Positions 16,307 to 25,950 of a stretch of 64,000 nt of DNA are shown in pieces. The stretch covers positions 34,475 through 98,474 of the forward strand of contig JBJEPS010000078.1 in the NCBI GenBank assembly GCA_051881355.1, in the 5' to 3' direction. Positions within the stretch are counted from its first letter, which is position 1, and the number at the start of each line of letters is the position of its first letter. Source of the stretch: Candidatus Fimenecus sp. (lineage in GTDB: Bacteria > Bacillota > Clostridia > Oscillospirales > Acutalibacteraceae). Made by a program: the position numbers and the translations under genes. The notes below the pieces were generated by a model, which saw nothing but the letters and a program-made list of their open reading frames with translations, was not told the origin of the DNA and ran no database searches.

Positions 16307-17168
16307 GAAAAATGCCGCAAAAAAAGCGGCGGTGGATTTGCTGTATTTTGCGGCGGGCGGCGCGCTGTATGCGCTGTCGGTCGATATGTTCACCGCGCCG
16401 AACGGTATACTGCTCGGCGGTTTTACGGGAATCGGCACGATTGTAAACTATTTGTTTTCCGTGCCTATCGGCACGGCGGTGTTTCTTTTAAATGTGCCGC
16501 TGTTTTTGATAGCGTTTTATAAATTCGGCTTTCGGTTTATCGTAAAAACCGTGCTTGCCACCTTTTTGATGTCGCTTTTGATTGATGTATTCGCGCTGTT
16601 TGTGCCCGTGTATACCGGCGACAAATTGCTGTCCGCGCTGTTCGGCGGTATTTTGGGCGGCGCGGGGCTGGGACTTGTATTCTTACGCGGCGCGACCACA
16701 GGCGGCACGGATATTCTTTCCAAGCTCCTGCGCCTGCGGTTTCCGTCTTTTTCGATGGGGCGTATGGTGCTCCTATTGGATTTGACAGTGATTGCCGTTT
16801 CGTTTTTTGTTTACAAAAGCCTTGAAAATGTGCTGTATTCGTTGGTGGTTATCTATATCAGCGCGCAGTGCATTGATTTGGTGCTGACGGGCTTTTCCCA
16901 CGATAAACTGCTGTTCATTATCACTGAAAAGGGCGCGGACGCGGTGCGCGAAATCACAAGCACGCTCGATTGCGGTGTGAGTGTTTTGCCTGTGCGCGGT
17001 GGGTATTCCGAACACGCGCGGCAAATGCTGTTTTGCGCGACACGCGCGGGGGACGCAAACCGTGTGGCAAAAGCGGTACAGGAATTGGACGGCAACGCGT
17101 TTATCGTCATCACAGAAACCGCCGAAATCCGCGGCGAGGGCTTTTACCGCGCAGGGAGCGAGATATAA
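16275..17168 (+). CDS. YitT-family membrane protein (DUF2179 C-terminal domain)
   Basis: Multiple TM helices followed by a soluble C-terminal domain (VTVLPVRGGYSE...FIVITE). I prefer the TTG at 16275 (GGAGG 9 nt upstream). The ORF-track start at 16233 overlaps mrnC more deeply. The start is uncertain. Confidence 0.8.
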   Translation: MNRKTEKKENKKNAAKKAAVDLLYFAAGGALYALSVDMFTAPNGILLGGFTGIGTIVNYLFSVPIGTAVFLLNVPLFLIAFYKFGFRFIVKTVLATFLMSLLIDVFALFVPVYTGDKLLSALFGGILGGAGLGLVFLRGATTGGTDILSKLLRLRFPSFSMGRMVLLLDLTVIAVSFFVYKSLENVLYSLVVIYISAQCIDLVLTGFSHDKLLFIITEKGADAVREITSTLDCGVSVLPVRGGYSEHARQMLFCATRAGDANRVAKAVQELDGNAFIVITETAEIRGEGFYRAGSEI

Positions 17169-17174
17169 AATTTT

Positions 17175-17276
17175 CTACGAACCGTAGGGCGAGTGTGATT
17201 CCCCTGATAGGGGAAATGTTTGCGAAGCAAACAAAAGGGTGCCTGAATTCGGAGAATTTTGCCCCCGCCGCTACGC
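17175..17276. repeat. string of four short hairpins with degenerate REP ends (locus R3)
   Basis: CTACG-aac-CGTAG, TTCCCCT-gat-AGGGGAA, GTTTGC-gaa-GCAAAC, AATTC-gga-GAATT, then GCCCCCGCCGCTAC. That last segment is close to the reverse complement of the R1 unit GTAGGGCGGGGGC. Confidence 0.6.
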
Positions 17277-17309
17277 TCTAACATCTACTATATATAAACG
17301 AGGTACTCT

Positions 17310-19115
17310 ATGGCTAAAAAAGAAAACATTCGCAATTTTTCCATCATTGCGCACATTGACCACGGCAAAAGCACGCTTGCCGACCGCCTGTTGGAGCTGA
17401 CGGATTCGGTGATGAAACGCGATATGGAGGAACAGCTGCTCGATAATATGGATTTGGAGCGCGAGCGCGGCATCACCATTAAGGCGCACGCCGTCAAATT
17501 GGATTACAAGGCAAAAGACGGCAATACATACGCCTTGAATTTAATTGACACCCCCGGTCACGTGGACTTTAACTATGAGGTTTCGCGCAGTCTTGCCGCG
17601 TGCGAGGGCGCCATTTTGATTGTGGACGCGTCACAGGGCATTGAGGCGCAAACACTTGCCAATACCTATTTGGCGCTCGACCACGATTTGGAAATCGTTC
17701 CCGTGATTAACAAAATCGATCTGCCTGCCGCCGACCCCGAGCGCGTTGCCGCCGAGGTGGAAGATGTTATCGGACTTCCTTGTATGGAAGCGCCGCGCGT
17801 GTCCGCCAAAACGGGCGAAAATGTCGAGCAGGTGCTCGAAGAAATTGTGCATTTAATTCCGCCACCCGAAAATCACGACGACAAGCCCCTGCGTGCGCTG
17901 ATTTTTGACTCGATTTATGACAGCTACCGCGGCGTTATTGTCTATGTCCGCGTGATGGACGGCGCAATTAAGCCCGGCGACACGATGCGTATGATGGCGA
18001 CGGGCGCGGAATTTAACGTGGTGGAAACGGGATATATGCGCGCCACTTCCTTAGAGCCCACGAAAGGGCTTTCCTCGGGCGAGGTCGGCTATATCACTGC
18101 GTCCATTAAAACCGTGTCCGACGCGCGCGTCGGCGATACCGTCACCTTAGCGAATGCCCCTGCTGAAGAACCCTTGCCCGGCTACCGCAAGGTCAATCCC
18201 ATGGTGTTCTGCGGCGTGTACCCCGCAGATGGTGCGGACTATGAAAATTTAAGAGAAGCACTCGAAAAATTGCAGTTAAATGACGCCGCGCTCTCCTTTG
18301 AACCTGAAACCTCGGGAGCGCTCGGTTTCGGTTTCCGTTGCGGATTTTTGGGACTTTTGCACCTGGAAATAATCCAAGAACGCTTGGAACGCGAATACGA
18401 TTTGGATTTGGTGACCACCATTCCGAGCGTGGTTTACAAAATCCATTTGACCGACAAATCCGTGGTCGAAATCGACAATCCCTGTAATTACCCCGACCCC
18501 GCCACCGTGGATTACGCCGAGGAGCCCGTGGTAGAGGCGCACATTTATTCGCCGCCCGAATATGTCGGGCAGATTATGGATTTGTGCCAAGACCGCCGCG
18601 GTGTGTATAAGGAAATGACCTATCTCGCCGCCGACCGTGTGGACATCAAATATTTATTGCCGCTTAATGAAATTATCTACGATTTCTTTGATGTTCTGAA
18701 ATCCCGTACCCGCGGTTATGCGTCATTTGACTATGAAATTAAGGATTACGAGCGCGCACAGCTTGTAAAGCTGGATGTACTGTTAAACGGCGACACCGTA
18801 GATGCGCTTTCGTTTATCATTCACGCGGACAAAGCGTACGCGCGTGCACGCAAAATTGCCGAAAAGCTCAAAGAGAATATTCCGCGACAAATGTTTGAAA
18901 TTCCGATTCAAATTGCCGTCGGCGGCAAGGTGATTGCCCGCGAAACCGTTAAGGCAATGCGCAAAGATGTGCTTGCGAAGTGTTACGGCGGCGACATTAC
19001 GCGCAAAAAGAAGCTCTTGGAAAAACAAAAGGAAGGGAAAAAGCGTATGCGTCATTTCGGGACGGTCGAAGTCCCGCAGGAGGCGTTTATGGCGGTGCTG
19101 AAATTAGATGAATAG
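17310..19115 (+). CDS. lepA: translation elongation factor 4 (LepA)
   Basis: 601 aa with [32 protein letters not shown], and the conserved LepA C-terminal domain. Confidence 0.97.
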   Translation: MAKKENIRNFSIIAHIDHGKSTLADRLLELTDSVMKRDMEEQLLDNMDLERERGITIKAHAVKLDYKAKDGNTYALNLIDTPGHVDFNYEVSRSLAACEGAILIVDASQGIEAQTLANTYLALDHDLEIVPVINKIDLPAADPERVAAEVEDVIGLPCMEAPRVSAKTGENVEQVLEEIVHLIPPPENHDDKPLRALIFDSIYDSYRGVIVYVRVMDGAIKPGDTMRMMATGAEFNVVETGYMRATSLEPTKGLSSGEVGYITASIKTVSDARVGDTVTLANAPAEEPLPGYRKVNPMVFCGVYPADGADYENLREALEKLQLNDAALSFEPETSGALGFGFRCGFLGLLHLEIIQERLEREYDLDLVTTIPSVVYKIHLTDKSVVEIDNPCNYPDPATVDYAEEPVVEAHIYSPPEYVGQIMDLCQDRRGVYKEMTYLAADRVDIKYLLPLNEIIYDFFDVLKSRTRGYASFDYEIKDYERAQLVKLDVLLNGDTVDALSFIIHADKAYARARKIAEKLKENIPRQMFEIPIQIAVGGKVIARETVKAMRKDVLAKCYGGDITRKKKLLEKQKEGKKRMRHFGTVEVPQEAFMAVLKLDE

Positions 19116-19596
19116 CCGTGAAAATATATTTGAAAAACTGAAAGATTTAGAAATTGCCTATGAACTTGTGGAGCACGCGCCCGCGTTTACAATGGACGAG
19201 TACAACGCACTCGGGTTTAACCCGAATGACGAGATTTGCAAAAATCTGTTTTTGCGCGATTACAAGGGCACGCGCCATATGCTTGTGGTCTTAAAGGGGA
19301 GTAAACACGCCGATTTGGGACTTATTCGCGACGAGGTCGATTCCTCGAAATTGAGTTTTGCCTCGGACGAGCGTTTGGCGAAATACCTCGATGTCAAAAA
19401 AGGCTCGGTGTCGCCCTTGGGACTTATCAATGACGAAACGGGCGCGGTCGAGGTCTATTTTGACGAGGATTTAAAGGACGCCGCGCGGCTGGGCTTTCAC
19501 CCGAATGACAATACCGCAACGGTGTTTTTGCCGTTCCGAGATATACAAAAATACATAGTAAGCACGGGGCATACCGTGCACTTTATCAAAGTATGA
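19108..19596 (+). CDS. YbaK/ProX-type aminoacyl-tRNA editing domain protein
   Basis: 162 aa with CKNLFLRD..., a KGSVSPLG motif and ...[10 protein letters not shown]. The start overlaps the lepA stop by 8 nt and the stop overlaps the hemW start (ATGA). Confidence 0.75.
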   Translation: MNSRENIFEKLKDLEIAYELVEHAPAFTMDEYNALGFNPNDEICKNLFLRDYKGTRHMLVVLKGSKHADLGLIRDEVDSSKLSFASDERLAKYLDVKKGSVSPLGLINDETGAVEVYFDEDLKDAARLGFHPNDNTATVFLPFRDIQKYIVSTGHTVHFIKV

Positions 19597-20690
19597 ATAC
19601 GATAGGCTTGTATTTGCACATTCCGTTTTGCCGTTCCAAGTGCCCGTACTGCGACTTTTATTCGTTTCGCGGCAGTGAGACGGATATGGATAAATACTGT
19701 GCGGCTTTACAGAAGAAAATCTCGGAAAGTTCTGTGGCTTTACAATGTAAAGTCGATACACTTTACATTGGCGGCGGTACGCCGTCTGTCCTCGGCGCAG
19801 AACGCTTAAAAAGCCTTGTAAATCAAGCAAAACGCGACTTTTTGACGGATAGCGCCGAAATCACCGTGGAGTGCAATCCGTACAAATTGCCGCCTGATTT
19901 TTTCAAAGTACTCGCCGAAGTCGGCGTAAATCGCGTTTCCCTCGGCTTACAGTCCGCTGTGGATACGGAACGCCGTACTTTGGGCAGACTTTCCGACTCT
20001 GCAACCGTCGAAGCGGCGGTCAAAGCGGTGCAAACGGCGGGGATACAAAATATATCGCTCGATGTGATGCTCGGCGTGCCCGACCAGACCGAAAAAAGCC
20101 TTGCGGAGACATTGGATTTTTGTTTGTTGCTCGGTGTGCCGCACATCAGCGCCTATATTTTAAAGTTAGAAGAAAATACGCCGTTTTGGCGCCGCCGTGA
20201 ACAGTATAATTTCCCCGACGACGACCAAACCGCCGATTTGTATTTGCAACTGTGCGAAACGCTCGAAACCGGTGGGATATTGCAGTATGAAATCTCAAAT
20301 TTTGCAAAATCGGGCTTTGAAAGCCGACATAATTTAAAATATTGGCATTGCGAGGAATATTTGGGGTTAGGCCCTGCGGCACATTCGTTTTTGAACGGCA
20401 AACGGTTTTATTTTCCGCGTGATTTTGAACCCTTTTTGCAGGGCGGCGCGCCCGTGCCCGACGGCAACGGCGGCGATTTTACCGAATATGCTATGCTCGC
20501 TTTGCGCCTAACCGAGGGCTTGCGCGAAAGTCAGGTGCAAGCGCGATTTGGGCATAAAATCCCCGACGAAATGCGCGAAAAAGCCAAAATCTTTGTGCAG
20601 GGCGGCTATATGACCGCCGACGAAGACCATATCGCCCTTACCCGAAACGGCTTTTTGCTGTCCAACGCAATTTTGGCGGAAATTCTGTAA
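19593..20690 (+). CDS. hemW: radical SAM heme chaperone HemW (HemN-like, oxygen-independent coproporphyrinogen oxidase family)
   Basis: LYLHIPFCRSKCPYCDF (CxxxCxxC), with the typical position directly after lepA. Confidence 0.9.
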   Translation: MNTIGLYLHIPFCRSKCPYCDFYSFRGSETDMDKYCAALQKKISESSVALQCKVDTLYIGGGTPSVLGAERLKSLVNQAKRDFLTDSAEITVECNPYKLPPDFFKVLAEVGVNRVSLGLQSAVDTERRTLGRLSDSATVEAAVKAVQTAGIQNISLDVMLGVPDQTEKSLAETLDFCLLLGVPHISAYILKLEENTPFWRRREQYNFPDDDQTADLYLQLCETLETGGILQYEISNFAKSGFESRHNLKYWHCEEYLGLGPAAHSFLNGKRFYFPRDFEPFLQGGAPVPDGNGGDFTEYAMLALRLTEGLRESQVQARFGHKIPDEMREKAKIFVQGGYMTADEDHIALTRNGFLLSNAILAEIL

Positions 20691-20712
20691 ATTTTAATTT
20701 GTATAACAAACC

Positions 20713-20740
20713 GTAGGGGCGCCGAGTCGACGCTCCCTAC
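20713..20740. repeat. REP-like hairpin GTAGGGGCG...CGCTCCCTAC (locus R4)
   Basis: GTAGGGGCG-ccgagtcga-CGCTCCCTAC. Both family termini occur in one hairpin. Confidence 0.7.
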
Positions 20741-20758
20741 AAATACAAATCCAAATTT

Positions 20759-20845
20759 GTCATTCTGAACGAAGTGAAGAATCTCAAACAGCACAAAGTA
20801 TAGAATGTGTGGAACGAGATTCTTCGGCTAACGGCTCAGAATGAC
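20759..20845 (+). repeat. type C two-stem palindromic repeat, copy 3
   Basis: GTCATTCTGAAC-gaagt-GAAGAATCTC ... GAGATTCTTCG-gctaacg-GCTCAGAATGAC, followed by AAAAACGG. A further small hairpin CGGACGATTC-gtg-AATCGTTCCG lies at 20851..20873. Confidence 0.8.
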
Positions 20846-20904
20846 AAAAACGGACGATTCGTGAATCGTTCCGACCACGCAAAACCGAATAAGGAGGAAT
20901 TTTG

Positions 20905-21846
20905 ATGTCTCGACTTTTAAAACTTTTCGCGGCAATTTTGGCGTTTTTCATTTATTCCCCGTCGGGGGAAATCGTCGGCTATGCGCCGTTGCAAACGGAG
21001 AATTTACAAATGAACTTCACCGTGATTTCTGACGGGCATTTGGAAGCGAATAATTCCGAACGGCAGGAAAATTACGGCGAGGGCTTACGGGATATGGCGA
21101 GCGCCGAAGTGCAAAGCCGCGCCCTGATTATGGTTGGCGACAACACGATGAACGGGCAGACTCTCGAAACCGCAATGCTCTATGGACTTATGAACAAATA
21201 CAACCAAATTGAAAATGTATTGATGGCGGCGGGAAATCACGAGCTGTGTCCGAGCAAGTATAATACGGGCGATTATGAGACCTTGAAAAATCGCTTTATC
21301 AAGTATAACAACGCCTTTTTAGACCACAAAATCGAAAACCTATATCACAGTCAGGTCATTGACGGCTATTATTTTATCGTCTTGGCTTCCGACGATGACG
21401 CAGGGATTCAGCAGTATCTTTCTCCCGAACAGCTCGAATGGCTCGACGGAGAACTTAAAAGCGCCGCCGAAAGCGGCAAGCCCGTGTTCCTGTTCAGCCA
21501 TTGGCCGATAGATGCGGTGTTTTCAGAGGTTTGGCCCGAGGGACATGTCGGCGAGCAAAGCGACGAATTAACGGCACTTTTGCAAAAATATGACAACCGC
21601 ATTTTCTTCTTCACAGGTCACTTACATATGGGCATTTATGAAGACGGCTACGGGATAAAAGAGGACGGCAAAATTACCTATATCAATGTGCCCTCCTTCG
21701 GGTGCGAAAACACGGACGGCGAAGCCGAGGTGCAGAATACGGGAATGGGCTTACAGGTCGAGGTGTACGAAACCGAGTTGGTTGTGCGCGTGCGCAATTT
21801 TGTCGCACATGAGTGGACGCCGTACGAATATCACTTCTCGCTGTAA
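20905..21846 (+). CDS. calcineurin-like metallophosphoesterase with N-terminal signal/anchor
   Basis: Motifs include ISDGHLE, GDN..., GNHE and ...GHLH. AGGAGG sits 7 nt upstream of the ATG at 20905. Confidence 0.8.
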   Translation: MSRLLKLFAAILAFFIYSPSGEIVGYAPLQTENLQMNFTVISDGHLEANNSERQENYGEGLRDMASAEVQSRALIMVGDNTMNGQTLETAMLYGLMNKYNQIENVLMAAGNHELCPSKYNTGDYETLKNRFIKYNNAFLDHKIENLYHSQVIDGYYFIVLASDDDAGIQQYLSPEQLEWLDGELKSAAESGKPVFLFSHWPIDAVFSEVWPEGHVGEQSDELTALLQKYDNRIFFFTGHLHMGIYEDGYGIKEDGKITYINVPSFGCENTDGEAEVQNTGMGLQVEVYETELVVRVRNFVAHEWTPYEYHFSL

Positions 21847-21924
21847 AACGGATTTGCATTTCTTTTCTGTTTGTGTTATACTGTTTAACCTTGCAATATA
21901 TCAAAACGAAAGAGGGTGGCGCGA

Positions 21925-22842
21925 ATGCCGATTAAAATTGACGACCAATTGCCGGCGCATCACAGCTTGGAGCTCGAAAATATTTTCGTCATGACCAACG
22001 ACCGCGCAAGCAAGCAGGACATTCGCCCCTTAAAAATTATTATTTTAAACTTAATGCCGACCAAAATCGAAACCGAAACGCAGATTTTGCGGCTTTTGTC
22101 GAATTCACCGTTGCAGGTTGAAATCGAACTGTTGCAGGTGAAAACGCACACCGCTAAAAATACTTCACAAGCGCATATGTTGCAGTTTTACAAAACGCTT
22201 GACGATGTTCGCGACCAAAAATTCGACGGCTTGATTGTCACGGGTGCACCCGTGGAATTGCTCGATTTTGAAGAGGTCGATTATTGGGACGAGCTGTGCG
22301 CGATTTTTGATTGGGCGCAAACCCATGTCTATTCCACCTTTAACATTTGTTGGGGCGCACAGGCGGCACTGTATTATAAATACGGTGTGCCGAAGCACCT
22401 GTTACCCGAAAAGATGTTCGGCGTGTTCAAACACCGTCCTTTGGATTTGTACCATCCGCTTTTACGCGGTTTTTCCGATGTGTTTGATGTGCCGCATTCG
22501 CGCCACACCGAAACGCGCAAAGAGGACATTGCACAGGTCAAGGATTTACAGATTTTGTCCTATTCCGACAAGGCGGGTGTGCATTTGGTATCGGATATGG
22601 CGTGCCGCAATTTTTATTGCACAGGGCACTGCGAGTATGACAGCGACACCTTGGCGCGCGAGTATTTCCGCGATTTGCAAAAAGGGCTGGATATTAAGAT
22701 GCCCGAAAATTATTTTCCTGACAACGACCCCAAAAAGACGCCGCTGATTACCTGGCGCGGGGCGGGGAGCTTGCTGTTCCAAAACTGGCTCAATTACTTT
22801 GTCTATCAGCGTACACCGTATGAATTGAGCGCAATTAAATAA
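21925..22842 (+). CDS. metA: homoserine O-acyltransferase (MetA/HTS family)
   Basis: [11 protein letters not shown]..., [19 protein letters not shown] (active-site Cys context). The ATG at 21925 is chosen over the GTG at 21916. Confidence 0.92.
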   Translation: MPIKIDDQLPAHHSLELENIFVMTNDRASKQDIRPLKIIILNLMPTKIETETQILRLLSNSPLQVEIELLQVKTHTAKNTSQAHMLQFYKTLDDVRDQKFDGLIVTGAPVELLDFEEVDYWDELCAIFDWAQTHVYSTFNICWGAQAALYYKYGVPKHLLPEKMFGVFKHRPLDLYHPLLRGFSDVFDVPHSRHTETRKEDIAQVKDLQILSYSDKAGVHLVSDMACRNFYCTGHCEYDSDTLAREYFRDLQKGLDIKMPENYFPDNDPKKTPLITWRGAGSLLFQNWLNYFVYQRTPYELSAIK

Positions 22843-22862
22843 AATTTTTATTTATTGTATTT

Positions 22863-23040
22863 GTAGGGGTCGGCGTCTTCGACAACCCGTCGTAGAGGCG
22901 GGCTTCCACGCCCGCCCATATATTTCGATGTAATTTCGCGGAACAACACTAAGGTTGTTCCCTACAATTCGTAGGGGCGAACTGTGTTCGCCCGTCAAAA
23001 TACGATGTAATCTCGCGGAACGGTCAAGACCGTTCCCTAC
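22863..23040. repeat. mosaic array of at least five REP-like hairpins (locus R5)
   Basis: The array contains GTAGGGGTCG..., AGGCGGGC-ttccac-GCCCGCCC, CGGAACAAC-actaa-GGTTGTTCCCTAC, GTAGGGGCGAAC-tgt-GTTCGCCC and CGGAACGGTC-aaga-CCGTTCCCTAC. The module CGATGTAATnTCGCGGAAC...GTTCCCTAC occurs twice, at about 22925 and about 23002. Confidence 0.8.
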
Positions 23041-23045
23041 GCGTT

Positions 23046-23124
23046 GTCATTCTGAGCCGATAGGCGAAGAATCTCGTTTTCGTTGCACTCTCTTTTTGAG
23101 ATCCTTCGCTTCGCTCAGGATGAC
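23046..23124 (+). repeat. type C two-stem palindromic repeat, copy 4
   Basis: GTCATTCTGAGC-cgatagg-CGAAGAATCTCG ... GAGATCCTTCG-cttc-GCTCAGGATGAC, followed by AAATAAA. Confidence 0.8.
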
Positions 23125-23136
23125 AAATAAAAATTT

Positions 23137-23180
23137 AAAATCACAATCCGAAAACAGTTTGGATTGTGATTTTTGTTTTA
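23137..23180. terminator. bidirectional intrinsic terminator between metA and the convergent Fe-ADH gene
   Basis: 10-bp stem ATCACAATCC/GGATTGTGAT with T-runs on both strands. Confidence 0.7.
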
Positions 23181-23198
23181 CATATTACTTTTTATACT

Positions 23199-24308
23199 TT
23201 ACTTCAAAAACAATTCCCGCAAAACCTGTCCGGCTTCGGTTACATTGTATCCGCCGGGCGAATTTTTAAAGTTTTTCAAATTTTGCCACCGTTCACAGTA
23301 GGTTTCGATTTGTTCTTCTGTCATCGAAATCCCCGAAAGGTCTGTAAGCGACAAAATGATTTTTTCAAATTCAGGGTAATTCGTGCCGAGCATGGAGAAG
23401 AATTCCATGGCGAGCGCATTTTTAAATTCCATACCGCGTTTGACATAGCTTGGCATAAATGCCGCGCACGCTCTGCCGTGCGGGAGCGCGAAATCCTCGG
23501 TGAGCGCATACCCCATACCGTGCGGAAAGCCTGCGCCGCAAATGTTTAATTCCATGCCCGCATATAATGATGCGTAATATAACTCGTCGCGCGCGTCATT
23601 GTCGGGTAGTTCGCCCGTCTCATAAAAGGTTTTTAAGTGTTTCCACAAAACGGGGATTGCCTTTTCCCCGAACAGCCGCGCCATATCGTCAAAGCGATTG
23701 GAAAACCACCCCTCTACCGCGTGTGCAAACGCGTCGAGCGCGGTGGAGATCGTCACGGCGTAGGGAACGGAATAGGTGTACTTCGGGTCTGCAAACGCAA
23801 CCTTTGCGTAAAAATCCTTGCCGCTGACGCTCTGTTTTCTGCCGTTTTCGCGCGTTAAAACCGAAACGCCCGTGACTTCACTGCCTGTGCCCGCTGTCGT
23901 GCCGACCAAAATAAGCGGCAGCGGCTCAAAGATATAATCGCAGTCGTAAATGCCCTCACTGGAAAGCGTTTTGTTTGCGGCATACACCGCAATCGCCTTG
24001 GCGGAATCGAGCGCCGACCCGCCGCCGATGCCGACGATGCAGTCCACCTCAAAATCACGCGCCAGCTGCCCCGCACGGTGGCAATCCGCTGCGGTGGGAT
24101 TGGGCTTCACTTCGTCAAAAACCGTCGTTTCCATTTCGTTTTGCGAAAGGACTGCCCGAACATCGTCAAGCGCGCCGCTTTTTTGCGCTGAGCTGCCGCC
24201 GGTTACCAGCAAGCACTTTTTTCCGAGCTTTGTAAAGACTTCCGGGTGCTCTGCCACAGCATTTCTACCGCCCAAAACACGTACCGGCATATAAAAATGA
24301 AAATCCAT
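23199..24308 (-). CDS. iron-containing alcohol dehydrogenase family protein
   Basis: 369 aa with a GGGSALDSAKAIA motif and metal-ligand His residues (AFAHAVE, FPHGMGYAL). Confidence 0.88.
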   Translation of the reverse strand: MDFHFYMPVRVLGGRNAVAEHPEVFTKLGKKCLLVTGGSSAQKSGALDDVRAVLSQNEMETTVFDEVKPNPTAADCHRAGQLARDFEVDCIVGIGGGSALDSAKAIAVYAANKTLSSEGIYDCDYIFEPLPLILVGTTAGTGSEVTGVSVLTRENGRKQSVSGKDFYAKVAFADPKYTYSVPYAVTISTALDAFAHAVEGWFSNRFDDMARLFGEKAIPVLWKHLKTFYETGELPDNDARDELYYASLYAGMELNICGAGFPHGMGYALTEDFALPHGRACAAFMPSYVKRGMEFKNALAMEFFSMLGTNYPEFEKIILSLTDLSGISMTEEQIETYCERWQNLKNFKNSPGGYNVTEAGQVLRELFLK

Positions 24309-24511
24309 GTTTTTTCACCTCTGTATCTGCATTGTAACAGTAAGTGTACGAAAAATGCAATAGAATCTTGTCAGAATTTTGCAAAATATTCTTTTTTACC
24401 ACAAGATATTGATATTTTTTAAACAATTCTTGCAGTGTACGCCGTTTTATAGTATAGTTATTATGTATTTGATTTTTCGAAGGGATCGAAAACGGCAGGC
24501 GGCGAAAACAG

Positions 24512-25570
24512 ATGCAAAAATATAGGAAAATTTTATATTGTTTTGCCGTCCTCGCGGGGCTTGTTTTCCTGCTCGGCGGCTGTGCAGCACAGGAGACTTC
24601 CCCCGTGCAGAAAAGCACGGTTGCGATGGGTTCTGTGGTTACGGTAAAGCTCTACGGCGCAACCCAAACGGACAGTGAAGCCCTGGCGGGCGAGGTGCTC
24701 AACGCGATTGCGGATTTGGACACACAGGTGATTTCCAAAAACGCAGGGACTTCGGAGCTGGCACGGCTGAACGCGTCCGAAAATCCCGAAATTCTGACAA
24801 AAGTAAGTGCGGAGCTGTTTTCCGCTTTGCAGGACACACAAGAGATTTACAGCCGTTCCGACGGGAAAGCCGCGCTTGCAAGCGGCGCATTAACGGAAAT
24901 TTGGGGCTTAGATACCGAGGATTTTCGTGTGCCGTCTGCTTCGGAAATCGAAGCGGCTAAGCCTTTGTGCACGGACGAAACCGTTTTGTTCACCGATGAC
25001 GGCTGTGTCGCGTTTCAAAAAGGGCAAATATTAAACCTCGGTTCGGTAGGCAAGGGGCTTGCCTGCGATAAGGCGGTGCAGGTGATTGCGGAAAGTGGCT
25101 TACTGCCCGAAAACGGCGGCGCGCTTGTATCCGTCGGCGGCAGTCTGGCGCTTGTGGGCAGTCCCAAAGACGGTGCGCCGTTCACCATCGGTGTGCGGGA
25201 TCCGTTTGGTACGGAAAACGAATATTTTGCTACGCTTTCGCTGACCGACGGCTTTGTTTCGACCTCAGGCAGTTATGAAAAGAAATTTCAGCAGGGTGGC
25301 AAAACCTATCACCATTTGCTCGATTTAACCACGGGCTATCCTGCCGAAACCGACCTTTGTGCCGTAACGGTGACAGCAAAAACGGGTTTGCAAAGCGACG
25401 CGCTTTCCACCCTTTGCTTTTTGCTCGGGGAGGAAAAAGCCCTGCCGATTTTAGAAGCGTACGGCGCCGAGGCAATCTTTGTGTATACCGATAAAACCGT
25501 GCATGTGACAAGCGGACTTTCGTCTGCTTTACAGATTACGGACAGCACCTTTCAGGCGGAGGCAGTATGA
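24512..25570 (+). CDS. apbE: FAD:protein FMN transferase (ApbE), lipoprotein
   Basis: Signal peptide with lipobox LLGGC. ApbE fold motifs include GSVGKGLACD and ..VSTSGSYEK..HHLLD. Confidence 0.9.
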   Translation: MQKYRKILYCFAVLAGLVFLLGGCAAQETSPVQKSTVAMGSVVTVKLYGATQTDSEALAGEVLNAIADLDTQVISKNAGTSELARLNASENPEILTKVSAELFSALQDTQEIYSRSDGKAALASGALTEIWGLDTEDFRVPSASEIEAAKPLCTDETVLFTDDGCVAFQKGQILNLGSVGKGLACDKAVQVIAESGLLPENGGALVSVGGSLALVGSPKDGAPFTIGVRDPFGTENEYFATLSLTDGFVSTSGSYEKKFQQGGKTYHHLLDLTTGYPAETDLCAVTVTAKTGLQSDALSTLCFLLGEEKALPILEAYGAEAIFVYTDKTVHVTSGLSSALQITDSTFQAEAV

Positions 25571-25950
25571 CGAAAAAATGGATTTCCCGTACCGATATGC
25601 TTTTGCTTGCTGTTTTATTACTTGTCGGTCTCTCTTTGTGGATTGTACCGCGCGTTTTGCCGCAAAGGGATGCACTTTTTGCCGAAGTGACCGTGGACGG
25701 CGAAACGGTACTGGAATTGGACTTGCAAACGGCGGTAGACCGTAAGACATATACTTTGGAAAACGGCGTTGTATTGGTCACTGAAAAGCACACAATTGCG
25801 TTTTTGTCTGCGGACTGTCCCGACAAAGTATGCGTCAATACAGGCACGCTTTCCCACGCGGGCGAAGTTGCGGCGTGTGTGCCGACGGGCACGGTGGTCA
25901 CCGTGAAAGGAGAAAGCCGAGGAGCAACGCTTGACGGCATTACCTATTAG
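25567..25950 (+). CDS. NusG domain II-containing membrane protein (DUF1312)
   Basis: 127 aa with an N-terminal TM helix and CPDKVCVNTGTL...ACVPTGTVV. The start overlaps the apbE stop (ATGA). GGAGG RBS. Confidence 0.8.
   Translation: MTKKWISRTDMLLLAVLLLVGLSLWIVPRVLPQRDALFAEVTVDGETVLELDLQTAVDRKTYTLENGVVLVTEKHTIAFLSADCPDKVCVNTGTLSHAGEVAACVPTGTVVTVKGESRGATLDGITY

Noticed and set aside
13252-23124. Possibility that the recurring repeats form a CRISPR array
   Set aside because: The copies are kilobases apart in separate intergenic regions. They are imperfect and internally palindromic over ~80 bp, have no regular repeat-spacer periodicity, and no cas genes are present.
20606-23549. Short ORFs translated across the repeat loci (for example 20606..20794, 22955..23269 and 23166..23549)
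   Set aside because: They are read-throughs of palindromic repeats and terminators (peptides such as ...ILHFVQNDK... and ...ASLRMTNKN...). They are not genes.
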